Assembly (NCBI GenBank): GCA_903933585.1
Contig: CAIZKO010000107.1
Location: forward strand, 1 to 57,063
Direction: 5' to 3'
DNA from: an uncultured Actinomycetes bacterium
GTDB lineage: Bacteria; Actinomycetota; Actinomycetes; Nanopelagicales; Nanopelagicaceae
DNA: 57,063 nt
A program made the translations under genes and the position numbers. Under the pieces are notes generated by a model. It was not told where the DNA came from. It ran no database searches and was given only the letters and a program-made list of their open reading frames with translations. This document shows positions 1 to 9,188 of this stretch, one piece after another (position 1 is the stretch's first letter; every line of letters begins with the position of its first letter).

Positions 1-495
1 ATTAGAAAAGTGGGAGGTATAACTTTACTTCGAGTGCTCTTCAAGCCTCAGGTTGGTTTTGGCATCTTCCTTGCAGTCTTGATCGGAACCCACTTCTCTT
101 CCTTAGCTAACTGGGGGATGACCAACCCGAATGGACATTGCCTAGAGTTAATACTCTTCTTGGTGGGCGGCTTCATTTACTACTACCCGGTGATGGAGGG
201 CAATCCTCACCCATTCTTCGTCCCCTACTCACTTCGCGTCATCTCACTCTTCGCAATGATGTTGCCAGAGACGATGGTCGGGTTCTTTTTATACTCTGGT
301 AATCGGGTATTACATTCGCTCCCAATGAGCACCTCTATGAAGATGGGTCTCGCCGATCAACACCAGGGTGGGGCAATCATGTGGGCTATGGGAATGTTGA
401 TCGATACCATCTGGATTGTATTGGCGGCCAAAGATTGGTTTGCCAATGAGCAACTACTATCGGAAGATGGAGATGAGCAACCCGCAAATACCTGA
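1..495 (+). CDS. cytochrome c oxidase assembly factor CtaG-like membrane protein (Caa3_CtaG family), 5'-truncated by the window edge
   Basis: The frame is open from nt 1. Polytopic membrane sequence with ...LADQHQGGAIMWAMGMLIDTIW..., resembling the DQxxGGxxMW signature of actinobacterial CtaG-like proteins. ctaB lies in the same window. Confidence 0.55.
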   Translation: MRKVGGITLLRVLFKPQVGFGIFLAVLIGTHFSSLANWGMTNPNGHCLELILFLVGGFIYYYPVMEGNPHPFFVPYSLRVISLFAMMLPETMVGFFLYSGNRVLHSLPMSTSMKMGLADQHQGGAIMWAMGMLIDTIWIVLAAKDWFANEQLLSEDGDEQPANT

Positions 496-721
496 TCAAG
501 AACCTGAACCCAAACGTCGCTGGGTCTTATGGGGGCTGCCACTGTGTGGCCTTATGGGGGTCTTGGAGTTCAATCGCGCGTTGGGTGGCAATCACCTCAG
601 TTGGGTCTATGTGATGGAATGGCCCTTCTTTGGCGTCTTCATTTATTACATGTATTGGAAGCTTTCGCAACCCCAGGAGCCATTTGACGATTCGGACGAT
701 CCACCGCGTGAGGTCGATTAG
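473..721 (+). CDS. small two-TM membrane protein, function unknown
   Basis: ORF 416..721. ATG 473 is preceded by GGAAGATGGAG (SD-like). Two hydrophobic helices (WVLWGLPLCGLMGVL, WPFFGVFIYYMYW) and an acidic tail. Overlaps the 3' end of the ctaG-like gene by 23 nt. Confidence 0.4.
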   Translation: MSNPQIPDQEPEPKRRWVLWGLPLCGLMGVLEFNRALGGNHLSWVYVMEWPFFGVFIYYMYWKLSQPQEPFDDSDDPPREVD

Positions 722-748
722 CACTTCTCTTAGTAAACTGGGCTCCTT

Positions 749-1894
749 ATGTTGCCGCTCCTATCGTTATCAACTGAATTTGTATTCTGGATTCTTACTG
801 CTGCGATTCTGATTGCAACCGTACTTTTCTGGAGCAAATTTTCTCGCCATAACTGGAAGAACATCACGGCCCGGTTCTCGCTCATCCTCACCATTCAATT
901 TCTTGCGCTCGCCTCGATAGGGATCACCATCAATCGTTCGGGAGAATTTTATAGCTCTTGGTCTGATTTATTTGGCGCACAGGGTCAATATCAGCAACTC
1001 GCTATTAGCCCTTCGGCGCTCTCTCAAATTGAAATGAAAGATTTAGCTTCTGCGACGCACACTAAAGGTGGAAGTCTTATCTTCCGCAAGATTATCAAGG
1101 GTGCAAAATCTGGCATCTCTAATGTTGTTTACGTTGTGGCTTCACCAACGATTGCCAAGGAGCTAGTAGGACCAACTCACTCGATCGGCAGCAATTACCA
1201 AGTCGTAGAACTATTCCCAGGGACCCCTGGAGTGCCGCAGACGTGGATTGGAACTCTCGATGGAATTTCCACCATGGAGAATTTGGAGCGAGCGGGGAAG
1301 ATTCCACCCACCATCGCAGTTATTCCCGCCATTAATGTCGAACCTGGGCAAGACACCGAGTGCATGAATTTCGTTGGTGGAGCACAGGTTGAAACCTGGA
1401 TCACTGGAGACATGAAGAGTTTCATGCAGACATTCATGGGAGTAGATAATCGCCTCTGGTCTTCCTTTGGTTACTCCACTGGTGGATGGTGCGCGGCAGA
1501 AGTAGCCGTGTTGCATCAAGAACAATATTCGCAAGGCGTTTCACTTGCGGGTTATTTCAATCCAATTCTATCTCGAGGCCTTTCAAAGAGAGAGAAGAAC
1601 TATCTTGCAAGCAAATATGACCTAGTTAAATATTTAAAGCGGCATACCGTGAACACGAAGATCATGGTGATCGCCTCTGTTAAAGATCGCTTTGCCAATA
1701 GTTCTGCTCAGAAATTTATGCTAGGGGCAAATGCTTTAATTTCCATCAAATATATTCCCATTCCAATTGGTGGCCACAACATTAAGGTCTGGAAACCATT
1801 TGTTGCGACTGGATTCTTGTGGATTGCGGGCGCGAACGAAATTTCTACGCCAGTTGTAAATCCACTACCTAGTGCGAGCGGAAGCCCGAAATAA
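749..1894 (+). CDS. membrane-anchored alpha/beta-hydrolase (putative esterase family)
   Basis: N-terminal TM helices, then an esterase-type fold with a nucleophile-elbow-like FGYSTGGWCAAEV. 381 aa. Confidence 0.6.
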   Translation: MLPLLSLSTEFVFWILTAAILIATVLFWSKFSRHNWKNITARFSLILTIQFLALASIGITINRSGEFYSSWSDLFGAQGQYQQLAISPSALSQIEMKDLASATHTKGGSLIFRKIIKGAKSGISNVVYVVASPTIAKELVGPTHSIGSNYQVVELFPGTPGVPQTWIGTLDGISTMENLERAGKIPPTIAVIPAINVEPGQDTECMNFVGGAQVETWITGDMKSFMQTFMGVDNRLWSSFGYSTGGWCAAEVAVLHQEQYSQGVSLAGYFNPILSRGLSKREKNYLASKYDLVKYLKRHTVNTKIMVIASVKDRFANSSAQKFMLGANALISIKYIPIPIGGHNIKVWKPFVATGFLWIAGANEISTPVVNPLPSASGSPK

Positions 1895-3536
1895 ATTTCT
1901 CGGCGCGCAGAGCGGCCCAACCAACTTTTGGCAGGTCTGAAGCACGCGGATAGAGCACATAACGCGTCTCCCAGCCCGGTTGGAACTTGGCGTTAAAACG
2001 GTAGAGAGATTCCACTTGGAAAAAGTTTGAAGAGAAGCGAATCAAGTTGCGCATGCCGCGGGTGATTGGACCCGCGCTAATTTTGTCCGCACGCTCAAAG
2101 AGCGAACGGAATGCTGCGAAATTAAGCGAAACGTAGGCCAAGTTATTGGCGCGCGCATATTCCACGGTTTCGACGATCATCAATTCGTTAACGCCGGCGT
2201 CGGTGCCGCGCTCGCGTTGCATGCGATCTAGGGATAGCGCATTTGTAGTCCACGGCACGTAATAAAGCAGTCCCTTAATCTCACCTTCGAGTCGAGCGAT
2301 CGTAATAAAAGTATCTGGATCATCATCCTCCCCGAAGCGATCCATCGACATGGAGAATCCACGTTCGCCAACACCGTAGCGCCACTTATGTGCGAGATCG
2401 CGGAGTTCAATACGAGTCGATTCATCGAGCTCGGACCACTTGTGGGTGGTGCATGAGTAGCCCTTGCGCTTAATTCTGTTCACCATCTGGCGCACATTCG
2501 CCATGGGGCGGCCCTCCAGGGTGAAATCCTTGACGGAAATAATTGCTTCATCCCCGATATCGATGGCGATCATCCCGGCATGCTCGACCCAGACCTCTCC
2601 ACCGCGATCGCTGCAGCCCATTACAGCGGGGGTCCACGCATGTTCTTCCGCCTCTTTTAGAAATTCTGCAATGGCTTCGGGCCACAAACTATATTCACCG
2701 AACGGGTCTCCGCTGGCGAGCATCACACCACCCTGCACGCGATAGGCGATACCGGCCTTACGATTTGCAGACCAAATAACGCTCTTGTCGCGCCTAGTTG
2801 CGAAGTAACCTAATGAATCCTGATCAAGATCGTGTTTTATAAGCTTCCTAACGAGGTGCATGTCATCATCGGACATCTTGGGAATTGGTTTCACCCTCCG
2901 GAAATAGAGCCAGAGCGGGACGATGAGCGTGAAGACCCCGAAGGTGCCAAGTGTGAAAGCGATCGCGTCGCTGGCCCGCTCGGATGTAAATTTAACTGGG
3001 CCAGCCACCCAGGCAAATCCTTCAATAATGAAGAGGAAAATATTTATTAGCGAAGGGTCTCCAATGATTTCATCATGGCTGCGAAATTTAAGGAGCAATA
3101 AACTGGCGATGAAAAATACGCTGAGAGCGACTGCGAAGCCAATGAGTGGTTGCAGTCGGGTACTGGGATCAGATTTGGCGTAAAAGGACTTGTTAAAAAT
3201 GGCCAAGGCCGCAATACTCAAAAGCGTTAAACCGATTTGAATAGGATGATGATTTGTTCTAATTACTTCTGTAACAAGATTTACAGCCAAGATGGCCAGA
3301 GCCAAGACCCAGGCGCGGCGTTTGCGTCGGGAGAGTCCACGGGCCAGGATCATCAGAATTAGCCCAGTGAAAATCGCGGTTGCCAGCGCTGAGCCATTGA
3401 GAAAGACGGGGATGACATTGTTGAGCTTGTGAACAGGTGCGCGGAACTTGTGAAAAACGTTTGCAAGTATGTCGAACAATCCTACGAGGAAGGTTGCGCG
3501 CCCGATCCAGATTGGAACCCAACGTTGCGATTTCAT
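1869..3536 (-). CDS. aminoacyl-phosphatidylglycerol synthase, MprF/LysX-type (membrane domain plus DUF2156/LPG-synthase C-domain)
   Basis: Polytopic N-terminal half. The C-terminal half has ...KWRYGVGERGFSMSMDRF..., ...YVSLNFAAFRS..., ...RFNAKFQPGWETRYVLY, typical of the lysyl/alanyl-PG synthase domain. The start overlaps the stop of the upstream YVTN gene by 1 nt (TAATG). Confidence 0.65.
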   Translation of the reverse strand: MKSQRWVPIWIGRATFLVGLFDILANVFHKFRAPVHKLNNVIPVFLNGSALATAIFTGLILMILARGLSRRKRRAWVLALAILAVNLVTEVIRTNHHPIQIGLTLLSIAALAIFNKSFYAKSDPSTRLQPLIGFAVALSVFFIASLLLLKFRSHDEIIGDPSLINIFLFIIEGFAWVAGPVKFTSERASDAIAFTLGTFGVFTLIVPLWLYFRRVKPIPKMSDDDMHLVRKLIKHDLDQDSLGYFATRRDKSVIWSANRKAGIAYRVQGGVMLASGDPFGEYSLWPEAIAEFLKEAEEHAWTPAVMGCSDRGGEVWVEHAGMIAIDIGDEAIISVKDFTLEGRPMANVRQMVNRIKRKGYSCTTHKWSELDESTRIELRDLAHKWRYGVGERGFSMSMDRFGEDDDPDTFITIARLEGEIKGLLYYVPWTTNALSLDRMQRERGTDAGVNELMIVETVEYARANNLAYVSLNFAAFRSLFERADKISAGPITRGMRNLIRFSSNFFQVESLYRFNAKFQPGWETRYVLYPRASDLPKVGWAALRAEKFISGFRSH

Positions 3537-4642
3537 TATCTAAATACTCCCGTATGTCCCAGCGAATAGCGACCGGGTTGTGGATAAATTGCCAGCCCAT
3601 GCGGCTCTTTCCCCACCTTTATTTTACGCAAAAACTTTCCATGGACAGTGTCAAACACATAGACCACATTGTCATAGCGACCAGATACCCAGAATTGGGT
3701 TCCATCGGCCGAGATACCACCCATATCGGGAGAACCTCCTCCGGGAATCTTCCACTTAGCGATGACTTTATTATCCGAAAAGCGTAGAACCGAGACACTG
3801 CCTTCGCCGCGATTTGTGATCAGCATCGTTTTAGAATCGCGTGATACATACATTCCGTGCGCTTCGATTCCGGTTTTGATGAGAGTAAATGAGCCGAATT
3901 TATTTGATTTCATTACCCAGATTCCATTGGAGGCCATGTCAGCGATGTAGAAAGTAGATCCATCGGGAGAGATCTTCACATCCTGTGGCATCGGCATCGA
4001 GGTATATGTATGCGGGAGGTTGGCCGATTTAAGCACCTTCATCTTCGCGGTATCGACAAGGAGCACCTTGCTGGAAAATTCACAGGTGACGACGAAGAAG
4101 GTGCCATCCGCGCTCCAATCAGCGTGATTAAGGCCGGCACATGGAACGGGGACGATCTTCTTGATGGCCATGGTGTGCGGATCGCGAAAGACCATCTGCT
4201 TATCGGCCTCCGCCATCACAACGGCATATTTTCCGTCAGGAGTGAAATACAAGTTATACGGATCGTGCACGTATACGGATTTACCAGGCAGGCCGGTCTT
4301 GGGGTCGATCGGAGTTAAATAGTTGCCTTCATTGTCGTTGACCCAGAGCGTCTTGAGATCCCAGGAAGGAACTACATGCTGCGGACCTTTAGGGGTCTTA
4401 AAGGTGCGAATTACTTTGAAGGTTTTTGGGTCGATCTCGGTAACGGTGTTGCTGGTGTGGTTAGGGACGTAGACACGCTCTGGGAAGCCTGCAACGACGG
4501 GGCTTAAGTTATTCGGCCTATCTGCGGCATAAATATCTTTGGGGTTTGTCACCGGCGGCATTCCAGGTAGCGGAGTTGATGCCTGCGCATTAGTTGGGAG
4601 TAGCGCTGCGACAAGTGTTAAAGCGATCAGAATTTTCCTCAT
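3536..4642 (-). CDS. secreted YVTN-family beta-propeller repeat protein
   Basis: Signal peptide MRKILIALTLVAALLPTNAQA. Repeated blades: TPDGKYAVVMAE, SADGTFFVVTCE, SPDGSTFYIADM, SRDSKTMLITNRGEGSVSVL, SADGTQFWVSGR. The first in-frame codon (4645) is TTG, so ATG 4642 is preferred. Confidence 0.7.
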   Translation of the reverse strand: MRKILIALTLVAALLPTNAQASTPLPGMPPVTNPKDIYAADRPNNLSPVVAGFPERVYVPNHTSNTVTEIDPKTFKVIRTFKTPKGPQHVVPSWDLKTLWVNDNEGNYLTPIDPKTGLPGKSVYVHDPYNLYFTPDGKYAVVMAEADKQMVFRDPHTMAIKKIVPVPCAGLNHADWSADGTFFVVTCEFSSKVLLVDTAKMKVLKSANLPHTYTSMPMPQDVKISPDGSTFYIADMASNGIWVMKSNKFGSFTLIKTGIEAHGMYVSRDSKTMLITNRGEGSVSVLRFSDNKVIAKWKIPGGGSPDMGGISADGTQFWVSGRYDNVVYVFDTVHGKFLRKIKVGKEPHGLAIYPQPGRYSLGHTGVFR

Positions 4643-4648
4643 CAAAAA

Positions 4649-5359
4649 TTACGCTCCAAGTAAGGTAGTTAGAGTGACAGGGGTTAAACCTTTGGCATGC
4701 AGATCCGCTAGAAGAGCGGGCATAGCATCAATAGTGTCTTGATGCCCGAAGTGGAGACTGACGATGCTGCCCTTCTTTATCGCCTTGCTAATGTCTGCGA
4801 GTACGACGCGCTTGCCGACATCTTGATAATCATGAGAATCGACGTCGTAAGCGATGCACTGGTTATAGCCATATTTGAGTGCGCCTTTACGAATAATTGC
4901 ATTTGAGTATTGAGTTCCAGATGGACGGAACCACTTTCCATGATTCCCAATTAATTTCTTTAGCTCAGCGGCGCATCCAGCTATTTCCGAGTCAACCTGC
5001 CGAGCGTTGAGAGTTTTCATCTGGTAGTGGTTCATCGTGTGATTTCCAATGTCATATCCAGCATCAAGCATCTGCTTCGCCACTTGCGGATAACCCTGTA
5101 ACCATTTGCCGATGGCAAAGACAGAGATTGGTGTCGAAGAACTTTTAAGTAGCGCCAGCAGTTTTTGTACCAAGATTGGATCACCAGCGCCGTGAAAAGT
5201 TAAAGCAACCTGGGACTTCTTCCGCGAACCGTTTGCAATATCAGGATTTGCGGCGAAGGCCGGGTCAATTCCAAGTTCTAGGTCCGAAATGCCCGATATC
5301 AGGGAGGCCCCAGCTACTAATGCGCTCTTTTTTATGAATTGGCGACGATCGATAGGCAT
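4649..5359 (-). CDS. Tat-exported polysaccharide deacetylase (NodB domain)
   Basis: Starting at ATG 5359 gives a twin-arginine signal, MPIDRRQFIKKSALVAGASLISG. NodB-like motifs HTMNH, WFRPSG and LHFGH are present. The ORF-track start at 5422 is a TTG 21 codons upstream. Confidence 0.7.
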   Translation of the reverse strand: MPIDRRQFIKKSALVAGASLISGISDLELGIDPAFAANPDIANGSRKKSQVALTFHGAGDPILVQKLLALLKSSSTPISVFAIGKWLQGYPQVAKQMLDAGYDIGNHTMNHYQMKTLNARQVDSEIAGCAAELKKLIGNHGKWFRPSGTQYSNAIIRKGALKYGYNQCIAYDVDSHDYQDVGKRVVLADISKAIKKGSIVSLHFGHQDTIDAMPALLADLHAKGLTPVTLTTLLGA

Positions 5360-5460
5360 AGGAGAAGGATACTTCCTGCGTTGCGCTGCACGGTTAACCC
5401 GCAAGTTGCTAGGGTAAGGCAAGCACTCAGTCAGGCACCTTCCGGCGTGGGAAGATCGCT

Positions 5461-6429
5461 TTGGCTAGTGACCTAGGGCATACAGGGGGTCGTACCTTGA
5501 GCGATGACGATGACAACGGCTTAGATGACATTGTTACTGAAGAGATGCTGTGGGAACGGATACCCGAAACCAATGGTTTAGAGCGCGCAAATACTTACTA
5601 CGAGTTAAGCGCTCGCATTTATGCACGAGGCCAGTATGACGAGGCGCTGGCGCTCGCCGAGACCGCGCGCGATATTTACACAGAGCTTGGACCAGTTGTG
5701 CCGGCAGATGGTTTGGCGCAGGCATACTCCGCAATCGGATACAACCTCAATCAATTGAAACGCAACTCTGAAGCAGCTTCAGCAATGAGTAAGGCCGTGG
5801 ATTTACTACGCGAATCAAAGTCTCCGCTAGCGATTGATCTAGCCTGCACGCTCGGTGAATGGTGTTTTGGAGCAAAGGATTATGAGAAGACCATCTCTTG
5901 CATGCGCGAGTGCGTACAAGAGCATCTTGTAGATGGCAACGATTCTGGAGCGGCTAACGATCTTCACCTGATTGGATGTGCCCATCGCGAATTAGGACAA
6001 CACGAGAAATCGCTAGAAGCATTCCGCGAAGCACGGGTGTTGTTTAAGAGTTTGAAAGAAGTCATTAACGTAGCCCGCTGCGACCAGAAGATAGCGCATG
6101 CGCTGATTGAACTTGGGTTGGGCGAAGATGCGCTCATCGCCGCGCAAAAATCACTCGATGTATTTGTGACGGCTCACGATCATCGCCGCGAAACCTATTC
6201 CCTGCTAGAAGTGGGCAAGGCCCAGATCATGACCGGGGAAGAGCAAGATGGACTCGATACTCTCGAACGCGTGCTCGAAATTGCTACTGAGAGCGACTGG
6301 AAAGATTTTGACTTTATCGTCGAAATTGAGCGCCATATTGCGCGCAGTTTGCGTGAGTTGGGGCGACTAGATGAAGCTGACGAAATTGAGCGTCGCCTGA
6401 CCTCGGTTACTGAGGTAACTGAGGATTAA
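5461..6429 (+). CDS. TPR-like helical repeat protein, cytoplasmic, function unknown
   Basis: 322-aa ORF with an acidic N-terminus and repeated Ala/Leu-rich helix pairs (YYELSARIYARGQYDEALALAETARDIY...; HRELGQHEKSLEAFREARVLF...). TTG start preceded by GGGAAG. The start is uncertain. Confidence 0.5.
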   Translation: MASDLGHTGGRTLSDDDDNGLDDIVTEEMLWERIPETNGLERANTYYELSARIYARGQYDEALALAETARDIYTELGPVVPADGLAQAYSAIGYNLNQLKRNSEAASAMSKAVDLLRESKSPLAIDLACTLGEWCFGAKDYEKTISCMRECVQEHLVDGNDSGAANDLHLIGCAHRELGQHEKSLEAFREARVLFKSLKEVINVARCDQKIAHALIELGLGEDALIAAQKSLDVFVTAHDHRRETYSLLEVGKAQIMTGEEQDGLDTLERVLEIATESDWKDFDFIVEIERHIARSLRELGRLDEADEIERRLTSVTEVTED

Positions 6430-7054
6430 GGTGCGCCATCGCCCAGGCATACATGGCGATTGCACCAGCAGCAGAGGCGTTCATTGATCTGGTAGATCCA
6501 TATTGTTGGATTGCTAGAACCACCTCGCAGATGTCGACTGCTTCGTCTGACATGCCAGCACCCTCTTGCCCAAAGAAGAGAACACATTTCTCAGGTAGCG
6601 GGTAATTCTCTAACTGAACAGAGACCGGAAGATTGTCGATGCCGATAATGGGGGTCTGGTTTTCGCGACACCAGAGCGCAAAATCTGCCACGGTCGGATG
6701 GTGGAGCACATGAAGATATTTATCGGTAACCATCGCTCCGCGACGGTTCCAATCGCGCTTACCAACGATGTGAACAAAACTGACGTTAAAAGCATTGGCG
6801 GTACGTACTACCGAGCCGATATTTAAATCGTGTTGCCAATTTTCGATCGCAATTTGCAAGGGGTGACGTTTGGTATCTAAGTCGGCAACTATGGCTTCGA
6901 CTTTCCAATATCTGTAGTGGTCCAAGACATTGCGGCGATCGCCATTTTCTAACAATTCGGGATCAAACTGGTCGCCCTCAGGCCAGGGTCGATCGTGAGG
7001 TCCAACACCCACCACGGGGAAGAACTCACCCGGTCCAATTTCTGAGGCCATCAC
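6407..7054 (-). CDS. TrmH/SpoU-family RNA 2'-O-methyltransferase
   Basis: SpoU-type knot motifs: ...LFFGQEGAGMS... and ...IQQYGSTRSMNASAAGAIAMY.... GTG 7054 or ATG 7051 could be the start. Confidence 0.7.
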   Translation of the reverse strand: MMASEIGPGEFFPVVGVGPHDRPWPEGDQFDPELLENGDRRNVLDHYRYWKVEAIVADLDTKRHPLQIAIENWQHDLNIGSVVRTANAFNVSFVHIVGKRDWNRRGAMVTDKYLHVLHHPTVADFALWCRENQTPIIGIDNLPVSVQLENYPLPEKCVLFFGQEGAGMSDEAVDICEVVLAIQQYGSTRSMNASAAGAIAMYAWAMAHLNPQLPQ

Positions 7055-7089
7055 ACAACCTTAATCCATATAAACCCTGCAACCCGAGG

Positions 7090-7095
7090 CATAAT
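7090..7095 (+). promoter_or_regulatory. -10-like hexamer CATAAT, 6 nt upstream of ATG 7102 (candidate leaderless promoter)
   Basis: Read directly. No purine-rich SD lies between the hexamer and the ATG. Confidence 0.3.
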
Positions 7096-7101
7096 CTCCC
7101 C

Positions 7102-8214
7102 ATGCGCAAGGGTTCGAATGTGATCGTGTGGGTGCTTGCTTCCACACTGCTCGTGATGACGAGCCTGCCTGCGCAAGCTTTCTCACTGCCTGCTCTATTT
7201 GTGAAACTGGCTGCATCAAAGACGTTGGCAAATCCGGGCATCATTATTATTGACCCGGCTACAAATACAACTATTTACTCGATGGGGCCAGATGTCGGAA
7301 GAGCGCCCGCTTCAGTGCTCAAATTATTTTCGATGGTAACTGTTCTCAATGCGCTTAGTCCTGAGCTAGTTTTCAATACATCTCTCCACGAGACTGCAGA
7401 TCCCAAAACCTTCATCTTGGTGGGAAGTGGCGACCCCTGGATCACGGCGAGTAATTTTGAAGAAGTTAAGTATCAACGCGCATTTTCACCGAGACTGATA
7501 GATCAGCTAATGAAGGTACATCCGGGACTCAGGACTATTACATTGGATTACAGCAATGTCTACGCAACCGATGTTCAGGCGCTTAAGCGCTACTTTGCAG
7601 GGCGGCTGACTATTAACGCGGCGAAGGTGAATTCCGCCGCCGCCGCTACTACTGAGATCGCTTCCATTAAATCGCCTCCACTTTCAAAGATAATCGAGTT
7701 CACGCTGCTCTATAGCGACAATGTGCTCGCTGATCGGCTTAGTCGATTGGCCGCACACACGATGGGATTCACAAACGACGTAATTGGGTTGCGCGCAGCC
7801 TTTGCGAAGACCTTGACCGAGTTGGGAATATCAACCACAGGCCTACATCTTTACGATGGCAACGGCCTTTCACATCAAAACCGCGTTACCGTTCGGCAGA
7901 TCGCCGAATTGCTACGTGCGATCCGCTCAAATCCGAAATACGCGGTGATTTACGCGGGGCTTCCAACAGCAGGTGAAACTGGAACCCTCAAAGATCGATT
8001 TATAAATGACGCTCCAAACGCCGTCGGACTAATTCATGCGAAGTCGGGGTGGATTGACAACACCGTTAGTTTGGCGGGATTTGTTACGGTAGGCCCTAAT
8101 GAATATGTATTTGCCATAGTCGCAAATCACATCCACAACCTCGAAAGCGCTCGCCAAGCTGCGCGGGTGACGATCGATCAGATGCTGGGCACGATCGCCC
8201 AGCCCCTGAAGTAA
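7102..8214 (+). CDS. dacB: D-alanyl-D-alanine carboxypeptidase/endopeptidase (PBP4, peptidase S13)
   Basis: Signal peptide. Motifs SVLK (SxxK), YSDN (SxN) and KSGW (KTG-like), in the correct order and spacing. Confidence 0.75.
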   Translation: MRKGSNVIVWVLASTLLVMTSLPAQAFSLPALFVKLAASKTLANPGIIIIDPATNTTIYSMGPDVGRAPASVLKLFSMVTVLNALSPELVFNTSLHETADPKTFILVGSGDPWITASNFEEVKYQRAFSPRLIDQLMKVHPGLRTITLDYSNVYATDVQALKRYFAGRLTINAAKVNSAAAATTEIASIKSPPLSKIIEFTLLYSDNVLADRLSRLAAHTMGFTNDVIGLRAAFAKTLTELGISTTGLHLYDGNGLSHQNRVTVRQIAELLRAIRSNPKYAVIYAGLPTAGETGTLKDRFINDAPNAVGLIHAKSGWIDNTVSLAGFVTVGPNEYVFAIVANHIHNLESARQAARVTIDQMLGTIAQPLK

Positions 8215-8226
8215 CAAATTGGTGAT

Positions 8227-8232
8227 TAGAAT
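8227..8232 (+). promoter_or_regulatory. -10-like hexamer TAGAAT, 6 nt upstream of ctaB ATG 8239
   Basis: Fits TANNNT. The spacer is taagtt and there is no SD. Confidence 0.3.
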
Positions 8233-8238
8233 TAAGTT

Positions 8239-9129
8239 ATGAGCCATGTAGGCGCCTATGTGGCACTAATGAAGTTGCGGGTTGTCGAGCTGTTGCTCGT
8301 CACCACCTTGCCTGCTCTCTTTATGGCCACCTACGCCCAAAACCACGCCCATCGATTCCCACCTCTCGGTGTGACCATTGCAACTCTGATTGGTGGAACG
8401 CTGGCTGCCGGAGCGTCGAATGCTTTCAATATGGTGATCGAAGTTGAGTCCGATCGCCTCATGAAGCGCACCAGCAAGCGTCCCTTGGTGAGCGGCGAAG
8501 TCACTGAGAAGCAAGCAGTTGCTTTCTCGCTGGCTATTACCGTTCTCTCGCTCTTAATCTTCCTTATCTTTACCACTGTGCTGGCAACTATTCTGACCTT
8601 GTTGGCCATCTTGTTTTACGTCGTCGGCTACACCATTTGGTTAAAGCGACGCACCTCTCAAAATATCGTCTGGGGTGGTATCGCTGGATGCATGCCGGTA
8701 ATTATTGGTTGGGCCGCGATTACCAACTCGCTCTCTATGACCGCTTGGCTCTTCTTCTTCCTCATCTTCTTCTGGACCCCGCCGCACTTCTGGGCGCTGG
8801 CGATTAAGTACAAAGAGGATTATGCCGCCGCTGGAATTCCAATGTTGCCCGTTGTGGCCAGTATCAAATCGGTGCAGAAGCAGATGTGGTTCCACTCAAT
8901 ATTAATGACGGTGGCATCATTCCTTGTTCTGGCTAGTGCACACCTACCATGGTGGAGCTATGTGATTACCGCGCTTCTTGCTCTGGGATTCGGTTCACAG
9001 TTGATCAAGATTTCTGGTCCAGACTCTGAGCGCGCCGCTCTCAAACTCTTCCACTGGTCGATCACCTATCTGAGCGTATATTCGCTCGTGCTCGTCCTAG
9101 CCACGCTTGTGTCCAAGCACACGGTCTAG
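8239..9129 (+). CDS. ctaB: protoheme IX farnesyltransferase (heme O synthase)
   Basis: UbiA-family polytopic protein with NMVIEVESDRLMKRTSKRPL and FFWTPPHFWALA. Confidence 0.9.
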   Translation: MSHVGAYVALMKLRVVELLLVTTLPALFMATYAQNHAHRFPPLGVTIATLIGGTLAAGASNAFNMVIEVESDRLMKRTSKRPLVSGEVTEKQAVAFSLAITVLSLLIFLIFTTVLATILTLLAILFYVVGYTIWLKRRTSQNIVWGGIAGCMPVIIGWAAITNSLSMTAWLFFFLIFFWTPPHFWALAIKYKEDYAAAGIPMLPVVASIKSVQKQMWFHSILMTVASFLVLASAHLPWWSYVITALLALGFGSQLIKISGPDSERAALKLFHWSITYLSVYSLVLVLATLVSKHTV

Positions 9130-9176
9130 CCAGTCCCCAGGCGATTTTCGCCCACCCAATTCTCAGCGCCCTCGCG

Positions 9177-9182
9177 TAGGGT
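9177..9182 (+). promoter_or_regulatory. -10-like hexamer TAGGGT, 6 nt upstream of ABC ATPase ATG 9189
   Basis: Fits TANNNT. The spacer is tatgaa. Confidence 0.3.
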
Positions 9183-9188
9183 TATGAA

